DNA of 64,000 nucleotides from Octopus bimaculoides. Its lineage: Eukaryota. The notes below the pieces were generated by a model. That model was not told the DNA's origin. It saw nothing but the letters and a program-made list of their open reading frames with translations, and ran no database searches. Both the position numbers and the translations under genes were made by a program. Within the stretch, counting starts at the first letter, position 1; the number at the start of each line of letters is the position of its first letter. Where the stretch lies: the NCBI RefSeq assembly GCF_001194135.2, contig NC_069001.1, forward strand, positions 23,962,616-24,026,615, in the 5' to 3' direction. Below are positions 26,925 through 37,831 of this stretch, one piece after another.

Positions 26925-27329
26925 TCTATACTGTTTTCTCCCCCTATTGTTTTCCTTCACATCCTTTCTCTAATTCCTTTTATTCTCCCCTTCACCGTTG
27001 TCTATCTGTCTCTCTCTGTCTCCCCCTCTTTCTCCTTTACTCTCTCTCATTGCTCACACATGACCATCGTCCATCTTTCATTTCCTTACGTGATTATCTT
27101 TCTTTTCTTTCAGGGATGTCCTAAAAACTGGGCGTATCCTGTCTCTCTCTTCTATCTTTACCCTCGCTCTGGCCTGTTTTTGTTTGGTTTCCTTGTATGA
27201 CACCACAGTCCTGGTTTTGTTTCCAACTTTGACCCTTGAGGCTTGGTGAGTATGTATCTGTAACATTTTCTGGTCTTCTATATACTGCCTATGCAGAAGT
27301 TGATAGAAACTGGGTAAAACATTTGTGCA

Positions 27330-27885
27330 TAAGCAAACTAATATAATTTTTTACCTTACTTTTGAGCAATCTGTTGATTGCATGATATTTAGTTTTTCAG
27401 AGATACAGAATTCACATTTGGTACCTTGTCCTCTGTATTTTATGGCTTTAGCAATGATGTCCCATTCTATCTGGGAATCACTAATTCCACCTTCTTTCAC
27501 TGTTTGTAACATACTGCCTTCTTTTCTTATACTTTTGTCTCCGAATGATGCCAAGTGTTGTGTGTATCTTTCGTTAAATGAGTTGCCCATCATTACAATA
27601 TATGTTTTTGCTACTCCAATGGTATTTGTGATTTTAGCCTTGAATGCAAGTTCTTTTTCAAGATAGTTGTTGTTTAGAGGGCAGTGGTTTGGAAATCTGA
27701 ATTTGCATTGTCTTTTGGGGGTATCTCTGGTGTGTTTATCTTTATTGTGGTTGAGTATTATTGACCCTATATTGGGAGGCAACTATAGCAACTTTAACAG
27801 TGTTTCTGTTGAAAATCTTTTGGGAAGTGGTTGCTTATTAATTTTAAGAATTTCCTAGTTATAGTAGTGGCTACATTCATGCTAT
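27330..27885 (-). mobile_element. Penelope-like element fragment: RT-EN linker and GIY-YIG endonuclease
   Basis: Translation gives FLKLISNHFPK..IFNRNTVK..PNIGSII..HCPLNN..KTYI..SFNERYTQHLASF..IEWDII..KCEFCISEKLNI, the typical PLE C-terminal layout. It is frameshifted. Confidence 0.85.
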
Positions 27886-27912
27886 AAGGTGGGTTAAACC
27901 ATAAAATTGTAT

Positions 27913-28476
27913 GGGATGAACTACAATAATTCAGTCTCTTTTCCCATTCAGTTAGTTTGATTATTTTCCTCTTATTTTATTGAAGATTAAAAAAAAAAAA
28001 ATAATAATCATAAAAAATTTATATGGGTGCAGGCATTGCTGTGTGGTAAGAAGTTTCCCTCCCAGTCACATGGTTCTAGGTTCGGTCCCACAGCACGGCA
28101 CCTTGGGCAAGTGTCCTCTACTATAGCTTGAGCAGACGAAAACCTCAAGAGTGGATTTTGTTGACAGAAACTGAAAGAGGCCCATCATATCATGATGATG
28201 ATGATGATATGATGGGCTTCTTTCAGTTTCTGTCAACAAAATCCACTCTTGAGGTTTTCATCTGCTCAAGCTATAGTAGAGGACACTTGCCCAAGGTGCC
28301 GTGCTGTGGGACCGAACCTAGAACCATGTGACTGGGAGGGAAACTTCTTACCACCCTAACCCATATAAATTTATTATTATTATTATTATTTTTTTTTTTC
28401 ATCTTCAATAAAATAAGAGGAAAATAATCAAAATAACTGAATGGGAAAAAGAGACTGAATTATTGTAGTTCATCCC
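27913..28476. repeat. Near-perfect ~560-bp palindrome (inverted duplication of unique flank plus a SINE head)
   Basis: Arms are about 280 bp. The SINE portions differ at about 2 of about 150 positions and share variants not seen in other copies. The non-SINE flank (GGGATGAACTAC... / ...GTAGTTCATCCC) is also mirrored. Confidence 0.9.
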
Positions 28477-29461
28477 TGAAGTTCCTATTTCGAACATTTT
28501 AAACCAAGTCATTTGAGATGATGAGGAAAGAAGGTTAATGATCAAAGAATTCTTATCTCTGTTGATGCTGTGTTTCACTGAAGTATCAGGCAATGTTTGT
28601 GAATGTACTTGTCTGTACACTTTGATAAAAGAGTCATAATTATTTTGGATGCCCCAAAATATTTCAGATGGGAAAACTAGAATTCTTTGCAATGGGCATG
28701 GTTTGTAATGTAGATTATGTGTACACATCTAGTACAGTATATTTATTTAATGTTAATTTGCTATGCATTCCAACTCTCATTTACCCTCTTTTGTAAATTT
28801 TATTAACTGACAGTTTCACAATTAATTACAATAAAAAAAATTACATAAATAGAGGAAAATTTCAAATAATTAAGAAATGTTTGCATATGTTATTTACTAT
28901 ATCTCATAACTTAATTACTGTTGATTTGGGTCAGTATAGGTCTTCTGTAATTGGTAATATCTCTTGTCAAAATAATATAAACTTCAATGTTTAAAACATT
29001 ATCAATATTTGTTTGTTAGTGTTTTACAGTGAAGTTACTGATTATGCCTGCTCGTATGCCAAAAATACCATTGAACTATGTTGAAAATGATATGTTAAAA
29101 TAATATTTTATGTCATTACTGTCTCTTTTAAATGTTAAATGAATTAGTAGATAAAATAGAAAAAAACTTATTCCTATTCATTCCTCTGTTTTGTCATTAA
29201 TATTAGCAGTGTCCTTTAGTGACCCTAGCACTTTTTCAAACATGCCAGAGTGTTTGGGTGTATGTTTGAGTACAAGTGTGCTTATATGTATAAATGTGTG
29301 TGTGTGTGTGTGTATTTATGTCTATAGATATATATATGTATATTTGTGTATATATANNNNNNNNNNNNNNNNNNNNNNNNNNNNNNNNNNNNNNNNNNNN
29401 NNNNNNNNNNNNNNNNNNNNNNNNNNNNNNNNNNNNNNNNNNNNNNNNNNNNNNNNNNNNN

Positions 29462-29790
29462 ATATATGGTGGTTGTCTACTCCTTAAACAGAGTTTGACC
29501 ACCTCCTGTACCTACACCTTAGCCCTTTCATGGCGTCTGATGTGGCTTTTTAAACCAGACAGTGTTTTGAAAAAACACCCACACAGATTGCACCTCTGAT
29601 TTGCACTACCAATACCTGCAAGTAAGTTCTGCTCATTGTGGATCCTAACATGTCTTTTAAGACCCCCATTGGATTTGCAAACCCTCTGGCACACACCACA
29701 TTCAAACGTGTGCACAGACATATAATCAGAATAGCTGGATGAGGTTTGTTTTCCATGGGTTCGCAGGTGAGATTTGAGGCCAGCCAAGGA
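29462..29790 (-). mobile_element. RTE-type LINE 3' end with tandem C2H2 zinc fingers
   Basis: LAGLKSHLRTH..FECGVCQRVCKSNGGLKRHVRIH..CNLCGCFFKTLSGLKSHIRRH. There is no TGEKP linker, and it is followed directly by a short 3' end (GGTGGTCAAACTC..GACAACCACC) and (TA)n. Confidence 0.7.
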
Positions 29791-29963
29791 CAGACATATA
29801 TATATGTATGTATGTATGTGTGCGTGTATGTGTGTGCCTATATGTATGTATTGAGTTGCCTTTCTTTGTGGCATATTGATGAGCAGAGAGGTGGTTAGTA
29901 CTTGGCTCTGCGATATCATCTTCAGCAACGGAAAATGCCAGACAAAATACATGCTCACACACA

Positions 29964-30005
<42 letters not shown>

Positions 30006-30828
30006 GGGGAGAGAGATGAAACAAAGGCAACTCAACACATTGAATGCCAGATATTGTTCTGCCTGCTTTCCTCAAACATTAACGCTTTATCTCTTAGCAT
30101 AATACCACTTTCTTCTCTACTGTAATCCCACCCAATCGAAGGGGGTCTTAGCCCTGCAGGCTGCTGCAAGGTAGCTTCAGTAGTGCTGTTGCTATGAAAG
30201 AGAATACCCAGTATATTCTGTAAAGTGGTTAGTGTTAGGAATGGCATCCAGTCATAGAAACCATGCTGAAACAGACTCTGAGGAATGTTGTTGTCCTTCC
30301 TTTGCCTTGTAAGATCCTTTCGATGGGATTTCACAGGTCCAAGATCACTCCTACCCATGCTAAAATGGAGCGTGGGTTTTAAATGGTGATGATGATGAAA
30401 ATGATAATGATTATGATGATGATAATGAAAATGATAATGTTTACGATGATGAGGATGATGATGATGATGTGTGTGTGTGTGTTTGTATGTGCATGCACGT
30501 GTGTGTATATATGTGTGTATTTGTGTGTTTATATGCAGGTGCTTCTCAGGAAAATGAAATATAATGCAAAAATTGGATACTTGTTTACAAGTCAAATTTT
30601 GACTCTTTAAACCTGAATTGATTTATTCCCAGAATTTTGTAGATATAAACAAACATTTTGAGTTTCCATGCCGAGATCATTCAATATTTAATATCATAAA
30701 ATGTTAGAATGTAATGTCTGAACATCGGAAAGATATTCTTTTATTCTTTTATTCTTTTACTGGTTTTAGTAATTTGACTGCATCCATGCTGGAGCAATGC
30801 CTTAAGAATAATGCCTTAAGAACAATGC

Positions 30829-30878
30829 CTTCCTGTTGGGGCATCAAACCCCGGTCTCCTGCATGACAGGTGGGGATA
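30829..30878 (-). pseudogene. tRNA-Asp(GTC) pseudogene fragment (5' about 22 nt missing)
   Basis: Minus strand TATCCCCACCTGTCATGCAGGAGACCGGGGTTTGATGCCCCAACAGGAAG matches canonical tRNA-Asp (TATCCCCGCCTGTCACGCGGGAGACCGGGGTTCGATTCCCCGACGGGGAG), mostly with CpG-type transitions. Confidence 0.8.
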
Positions 30879-31639
30879 GGATCTTCATGATTGAGTAATT
30901 TGGTCAAAAATTAAAAGGTCGGAATAACAATTAGCGCGTTGTTGTAATTACATTGACATTAATGACTGCCTAAATTCTCACTAACTCAGAGAAAAACCAG
31001 TATCTGAGAATTTTCAGAGTTTCGTCAGTGAACAGGTCAAGGTTCCAAAGCCAAGAAAATATTTTGACACAATTGAAGTTTTTAATGTTGAAGTGAAACT
31101 AACGGTTTTTGAGTGTTCTTGAATGGTTTACACACACCTTCCATGCTACAATTGTTTTTGTTTCAGCTCACGATCTTAGATCAAGTCACTTGCTATGCAA
31201 GTACATCTCTGTAATTTTCTAAATCACTGTGGATAAATGCCAGCAATGACCTACTCAGACTCTCCAGTATTTTAATTTCTAAACAGAAACAATCGGGGAC
31301 AGGGAGTGGGGTTGCAAAAATTCATAATTTCTCAAAGTTTCTTTTTTATAGCATGTAAATATATTTATAGGGAAAAATATTGAAAAACATGAATACATAT
31401 GAGAGCGAAAAAGAAACGAAGAGGGTTGTCTTTGGATGTGCTAGAAACAACAGACAAATCACCCTTAAATCATTTTTCCCTCTGAAAATATTAACAATTA
31501 AAAAAAAAAATTACTGAAAATGCTCTTCCCATGGTTTTGAAGGGCAAAAAAATAAATTGGCCAAAAGAGGTCCAGAGTGGAATGATGAGGGAGAGGTTGT
31601 GAAAAAGAGAGTTTTCAAAACGTTTTCATACAAAGATAA

Positions 31640-31755
31640 CCCCACCAACCCTATCATCACTTCGATGGCTGTGGTTTTAAAAAAATGGGGAAAATCCCCA
31701 CCAACCCTATCATCACTTCAATGGCTGTGGTTTTAAAAAAATGGGGAAAATCCCC
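31640..31755. repeat. Tandem duplication of a 56-bp unit
   Basis: CCCCACCAACCCTATCATCACTTC(G/A)ATGGCTGTGGTTTTAAAAAA(A)TGGGGAAAAT, twice. Confidence 0.9.
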
Positions 31756-31831
31756 GAAAATATTTCCCCCACAAATTTCTCTATAATCATAATCTATGCC
31801 TTTTGAAAGGGATTTGTATAAATTTTTATTC

Positions 31832-32067
31832 AAAGATATCCATCTTCCTGAAAGTCACAAGACAAAACGTCAGATCGTGTGAATGTTCCAAAACTCCTCT
31901 CTCCACCCCTCGGAAAAATTTTTTCTCACAAATTCCTATATTTCTCACAAATCCTGTATATAGGGATTTGTGAGAAAGAATTTTTCTGAGGGGTGGAGAG
32001 AAGAGTCTTGGAACATTCAAACAATCTGACTGTTTTCCTTGTAACTTTCAGGAAGATGGATATCTTT
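31832..32067. repeat. Long hairpin: 110-bp inverted arms with a 16-nt spacer
   Basis: 31832-31941 pairs with 31958-32067 with about ten mismatches. The spacer duplicates the arm end. Confidence 0.9.
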
Positions 32068-32612
32068 TAAGCGGTATTTACATCTAAGTGGTATGGATAT
32101 CTTTTAAGCAGTATTTACTGCTTAAAAGATGGATATCTTTTTAGCATTATTTATATCTAAGTGGTATTTGTAGAACATTTTTTTAAAAAGTATCCATTTT
32201 CTAGACATTATGAGGCAACAAAGTCGGGGGCATATACAACTGTGGTAATGCCCTTTAATTTATATGATTTTTTCATTTCATGTTTATTTCATTTATTGTT
32301 TGCAATCTTCTCTCTCTCTCTCACACATGCACACACACACTGCAAAGCTTACAGATGAGCTGCTGAATCAAAATCCCTATGCTGCTTTGAGGGGAAGGTA
32401 AAACTTGTCAAACTGCTTCTCCCTCTGTTATTGGACTACCATGATGTTTGTTTAAAAGAAGTGAGAAAATAATGAAAGCAATACTTACTAAGCACTATTA
32501 TACAAAGAAATAATTAGACATGAAATATAAAAATTATGAGAAATTGGAATCAAATGTGGAAATGTTATCAAGGGGCTAGCAGAAAACCGCACAGAGGGTG
32601 GTCTTTCTGCTA

Positions 32613-32619
<7 letters not shown>

Positions 32620-32646
<27 letters not shown>

Positions 32647-32945
32647 GACGAAGAACAAGAAGGAGGAGGAGTAGAAAAAGAAGGGGAAGGAGAAGAAGAA
32701 GGAGGAGAAGAAGAAGGGGTTGAAGAAAAAGGAGGAGGAGAAGTAGAAAAAGGAGGAGGGGAAAAAGAAGGAGGAGGAGAAGAAGAAAAAGGAGGAGGGG
32801 AAAAGAAGGAGGAGGAGAAAAAGAAGAGGAAGATGAAGCAGAAGAAAGAGACAAAGAAAGAGAAAAAGAAGATGAAGAAGGAGGATGGGGAGGAGGAGGA
32901 GGAAGAAGAAGAAGAAGAAGAAGAAGAAGAAGAAGAAGAAGGATT
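32620..32945. repeat. (AAT)n followed by a polypurine (GAA/GGA)n tract
   Basis: Direct inspection. A similar purine tract lies at 5845-6060. Confidence 0.95.
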
Positions 32946-33311
32946 AAATTAAGTCAAAATGCATTTGTTTTTGGCATGCTAACCTTTCCACAAAATATTT
33001 ATTGCTGAAATTTTGTTAAAATTCAGAAATCTATTTTTGTTCTAGGAAAGGTCAAAAATCTGTCAGTATTAACAATTTTGACATTTGTTGAGACAGTATT
33101 TAATGTGGAAGATAATTTGGTAAATTTTGTGTAGAATTTATAATGCACATGATCACAATGATGCCAATGATGGTGTTGATGATGAGTAATACCAAAGCTA
33201 AAAAGAAATATTGGTTAATTGCTTTTTTTCCTAACGATTGGAGTAGTGAGAAAGTCAGAGCACTGACGTATGAACTATGATGGTAATTATTGTCTCAGTG
33301 AGTATTAGCAG

Positions 33312-33570
33312 TGTTTGTGGCTGTGTGGTAAGAAGTTTGCTTCCCAGCCACTGGGTTCTGGGTTCAGTCCTACTGCATGGCACTTTGGGCAAGTGTCTTG
33401 TACTGTAGCCTCAGGCCAATCAAAGCCCTGTGAGCAGATTTGGTAGATGGAAGCTGGCAGAAACACAAGGCTTTGGTCGGTCAAGGGCTATAGTAGAAGA
33501 CAATTGCCCAAGATGTCATGCAATGGGACTGAACCCGGAACCATATGGTTGGGAAGCAAGCATCTTACCT
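33312..33570. mobile_element. Adjacent inverted pair of diverged family-A SINE heads
   Basis: A plus-strand head (about 33312-33460) is directly followed by a minus-strand head (about 33465-33570). Confidence 0.7.
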
Positions 33571-34344
33571 CAGAGCTGTGTTTGTGTCTATGTCTGAAAA
33601 CAGTTGCTTCTTGTGATGAGTGTTATAATAGGACAATGACAATCCTTTTGAAACCAACATGTCTTGGTTCTATGATACCAAATTCCTTGTTTTAATGTGT
33701 TCTGAATTATCCTATCAGGATTTCACATTAATTTAAGTTCCGAACACCAGTTTAATAATGACAAAGTTATTTTACTAAATTTTTCATTATTTTCAAAATT
33801 AATTGAAACAATAGCAGTGTATCTCAACAGAAACAGAGTAACAAGAGAGGTAAACTCTAAGCTATACTTAACAATACATGAATCATATCTCTTCTGTAAG
33901 AGGCAATATAGATAATCTAATTTAACTATGAGAGAGAGAGAGAGAGTGGAAGAAAGGGACATGGAGAAAGGGGAGAAAAGGAGAGAGAGTAGCTAATGCA
34001 AATTTTGCACATTCTATTAAATTAATTATAAGAGAGAGAATGAAGTTAATTTAATTTCTACATGTTATGAAACAAGAGCTAACAGCTAAATCTCAAGACC
34101 ACTAATGTTGGTTATTCTGAATTGGCAAAAGTCATTTCATTAAAGATTTCGAAAACAGATAATATTTTATCAGAAGAGAATTCCAACATTTTAGGCAGAG
34201 CCTTTCATCAAAGAATCTCTCTGAAGAACAACTTTGTTTGGAAATGGTATAATGAAGCATTACAATCACAGGAAAAGTTTATCAAATGCATATTAATCCT
34301 TCCTTTGCTATATTTCTTATGAAACACACAGCTTCTACATAAAT

Positions 34345-34640
34345 TAAACAGGTGATAGATTTAATGAACTGCCTTGATTAACATCTCCATCTGGACCGTC
34401 AGTGAATTTTGTAGGGTCCGCTCTATTAGAAGATTTCGTCCCGATGTGTCCATCTGTGGATAGCATCTTCACAGCAATCAGAAGTCTGAAGAAAGAATTT
34501 GCTCAAATTACTACAAATTGGGACAGAATGCTCAGAGGTGCATAGGGGTATAAAGGGATCTTCTTAAGCATCTAGACCTGTCTGTACCCATAATAGTAGA
34601 GCAACAGAATGACTACAGGGAAATACTATCTCTTATCTCT
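34345..34640 (+). mobile_element. Decayed LINE fragment (region preceding the RT domain)
   Basis: DRFNEL..PSVDSIFTAIRSLKK..VPII...NDYREILS resembles the P(S)..E...AI..LK and IP...K....NYR.ISL motifs of LINE RTs. Confidence 0.45.
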
Positions 34641-35368
34641 TAGCTTTTACTTGTTTCAGTTATTAGACTGTGGCCATGCTGGAACACCACCTTCGAGAAT
34701 TTTTAGTTGAATGAATTGAACCCAGTACTTACATTTTTCCTAAGCCTGCTACTTTTTCTATTGGACTTTCTTGCTGAACTGCTAAGTTATGGGGACATAG
34801 ATACACTAATACCAGTTTGTCAAGTGGTACTAGGGGACAAACACAGCCACAATGACGCACACATTGATATATATATATATATATATACATATAAACAATG
34901 GGCTTCTTTCAGTTTCCATCTACTACACACACACACACATGCACATACGCATACATACACACACACATGCACGCACATGATGGGCTTCCCGTTTCTTTTT
35001 TCTGTATTGCCCACAAGGGGCTAAACATAGAGGGGACAAACAAGGATCGACAAATGGATTAAGTCGATTACATCTACCCCAGTGCGTACTTAATTTATCA
35101 ACCCCGAAAGGATGAAAGCAAAGTCGACCTCGGCGGAATTTGAACTCAGAACGTAACGACAGACAAAATACTGCTAAGCATTTCGCCCAGCATGCTAATG
35201 TTTCTGCCAGCTCACCGCCTTTCAGTTTCTGCCAGCCAAATCTACTCACAAGGTTTTGTTTGGCCCAAGGCTATGGTAGAAGACAACCAAGGTCTCATGC
35301 AATGAGATGAAAACACAAACCATGTGGTTGAGAAGCAAGTTTCTTACCACACAGCCACACCTGCGCTA
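34630..35368 (-). mobile_element. SINE family A with a family-C SINE nested in its microsatellite spacer
   Basis: Tail about 34630-34850, nested family C about 35005-35220, head about 35222-35368. Confidence 0.75.
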
Positions 35369-36479
35369 TAAACAATGTCCAATCAACATGTTAGATACAG
35401 TAACTATTCTAAAAATTTTAGAAAAGCAGCCAAATCACTCACTATAGTCATGAAAGAGACTGAAACACCAAATATAGTATTCTTAAGAATACAATAATAC
35501 AACACTTACTTTGGTTTAGCAATGGCATCTATGCCTTGCTTTCTTTGCCAAACTTATGAGAAGAAAAATAATTAATTTAGAAAAATACCAAGAATTTAGA
35601 GTGATTGTGATTTTGTAAAATACCGAGTGGTCTCCATATCAATTTGATGTTTGAAACATAAAGGTTCTTTCTACATGAAATTATGCTGGAAAGTGCTGTC
35701 TTCAATATGAATAATTCAAAATCAGAGATTGCTTTTCCTTAAAACTAGTGTAAGAGGTGTGAAAGGGTTAAATCATCACCTGAAATTAATGTTAAAATCT
35801 TTGTTTTCTATTCAGTGTGTCGTTCTTTAAATTAAGCCTAGAACAGCATGGATATTCATTCCAAAGTGATAATGGAGTTGCTGTTTAATCCAAGGTGAGC
35901 CCTGATCAAGTAAACATTTGATCAAATGCATTTTATCTGTGATCTTATTTTTTATTTCTAGTTTCTCTCTCTTTCTCTCTCATCATCATCATCGATTAAC
36001 GTCCATTTTCCATGCTGGCTTGGGTTGGACAGTTTTACTGGGGACTGGTAAACCAGGCTGCACCAGGCTGCAGTCTGATCTGGCAAGGTTTCTACAGCTG
36101 GAAGCCCTTCCTAATGCCAACCACTCCGAGAGTGTAGTGGGTGCTTTTTACATGCCACCAGCATGGGAGCCTGTCACACAGTACTTGCATCAGCCACATG
36201 CACACACACACACACACACACACACAGTGTAAGTTTGGAGAGATGTATTATCTGGGCGGATACCATGGTGGCTCTCAGCTATGATCCAGGTTTTGGCTAA
36301 CCACATCATTCAGTATTTAACATCTATGACTATTATTGACTACTGGTGTCGGTGTGTTTACATTTCCTTATGTAAGTATAAATTCAATTAGTCCAAAATA
36401 GGTCCAAATGCAAATAAAATCAACACACATAATACTTGCCTAAATGCATCCATGGTCGTTACAATATACGTATGTTTTT

Positions 36480-37480
36480 TTCTTTTCCTTTTCTTTTCTA
36501 TCAACATAAGTATCTTAGAAGCTAGCTAGCTTTAATTCTTTAACTTTTTAATTTTTAAATCTTAAATTTCAATTTTTAATTTAACTTTGGACTTTTAATT
36601 TTTAATTTTTAATTCTTTAATTTTTGTCTTTTATCCATTTAATTGTTGTTTTATCCTATGTATACCCCCTTAAATTAGGCATCTATTTTTAGCTATCCTA
36701 CTGACCACTGAACTAAATATTCTCTATGACCACACCTAATTTAGAATTCATCTATTTGATTAAAAGACAAATACTTGTCACCTCCACTTTGCTGAAACCT
36801 TAACGCCTGACCTCTCACCCCGAAGAATAATACTGGCATCTTATCGTTTTTATTTTTTATTTTTATTTTTATTTTTGATCTTACTTTTCCTCTCATTCGT
36901 TTTTTTCCCACACCTACCCCATTCATTTCTTTTCTCTCTTTTCTCTCTTCTATCCTCCCACTCACAACCCATTTCTGTCTGTCTCGATGTCTGTCTTCCT
37001 CACTCTATATACTCATGTGGACCATTTACATACTAGCTAACCACTTAATCCCTTACTTCAACATGAACGCATCATTCAAAATACTACCAAAATACTGCCT
37101 GTATATACCTGGGATTATACCTAAGGGCCTATATCTTCATGGAAGTATGGAACATCCTCCATACCCTCTGGAAAAAGATGAACTGTGAACTTTATTCTCC
37201 TGGCTGTATTCTTCTATCTACTTTTACTCTTTATTCTTCCATTTTATTCCTTATAAACTAAATTTCCCTGTCTAGAACTTTTATACATACTCACCGTGTC
37301 TCTGATGACAGAATACCCAGTGTATGAAAATACTAGCCTATCACTTGGGATATCCCAGAAACAGCTGTAAGACATCAAATTCCCCTTACCCTAATTAAAT
37401 ATTCTAAATGACTTGAGATACCTGTCCTGCCTTGGTTTTTGTTGTTCATTTTCTTCTAATATAATATATACCTGCTAAAA
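36480..37480 (+). mobile_element. Probable solo PLE pseudo-LTR (T/pyrimidine-rich, ending in an HHR)
   Basis: Composition resembles 57180-58050 and it contains the HHR at 37296-37375. No ORF was found. Confidence 0.4.
37296..37375 (+). ncRNA. Type I hammerhead ribozyme with long stem II
   Basis: GTGTCT-CTGATGA-(49-nt stem II region with CCCAGTG/CACTTGGG pairing)-GAAA-C-agct-G-T-A-AGACAT. The AGCT loop is palindromic and the triplet is GUA. The base of stem II is mismatched. Confidence 0.7.
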
Positions 37481-37772
37481 TGGAAGCCTAATACGGATCC
37501 CTAGCTCCAGCCTCAGTTGGGAACTTGGAACCTAATTGATGACCAATTATACAGCTTACTCAGCGTACTTATTCATTTCGATCACCAGTGAACTGAACCC
37601 CACACATTCTATTTATATATGTATATGTATATTTATATATATATGTATTTTGTTAAGGTTATTTCTACATCTATTCAATAAAAGTTATAGCCAGCACTGA
37701 ATTTTTGGCTGCAACATTTCATATCGAGATGTAAGATATAAATAAACAATGAGATTGAAGACAGAAATGGGT

Positions 37773-37831
37773 AATGAGTGTATTAGCCATATTTCAGGGA
37801 TGGGGGTGGTTTCCCTTCATCAGCACCCATT
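37773..37831 (-). ncRNA. Type I hammerhead ribozyme with intact core (PLE-type)
   Basis: Minus strand reads AATGGGTG-CTGATGA-AGGGA-aaccaccccca-TCCCT-GAAA-T-atggcta-A-T-A-CACTCATT. Stem I is 8 bp (one G.U), stem II is 5 bp, stem III is 2 bp, and the cleavage triplet is AUA. Confidence 0.8.

Noticed and set aside
29512-29964. Host C2H2 zinc-finger gene
   Set aside because: The finger pattern and adjacent retroposon-type 3' end fit an RTE LINE terminus, and the ORF start runs through a microsatellite.
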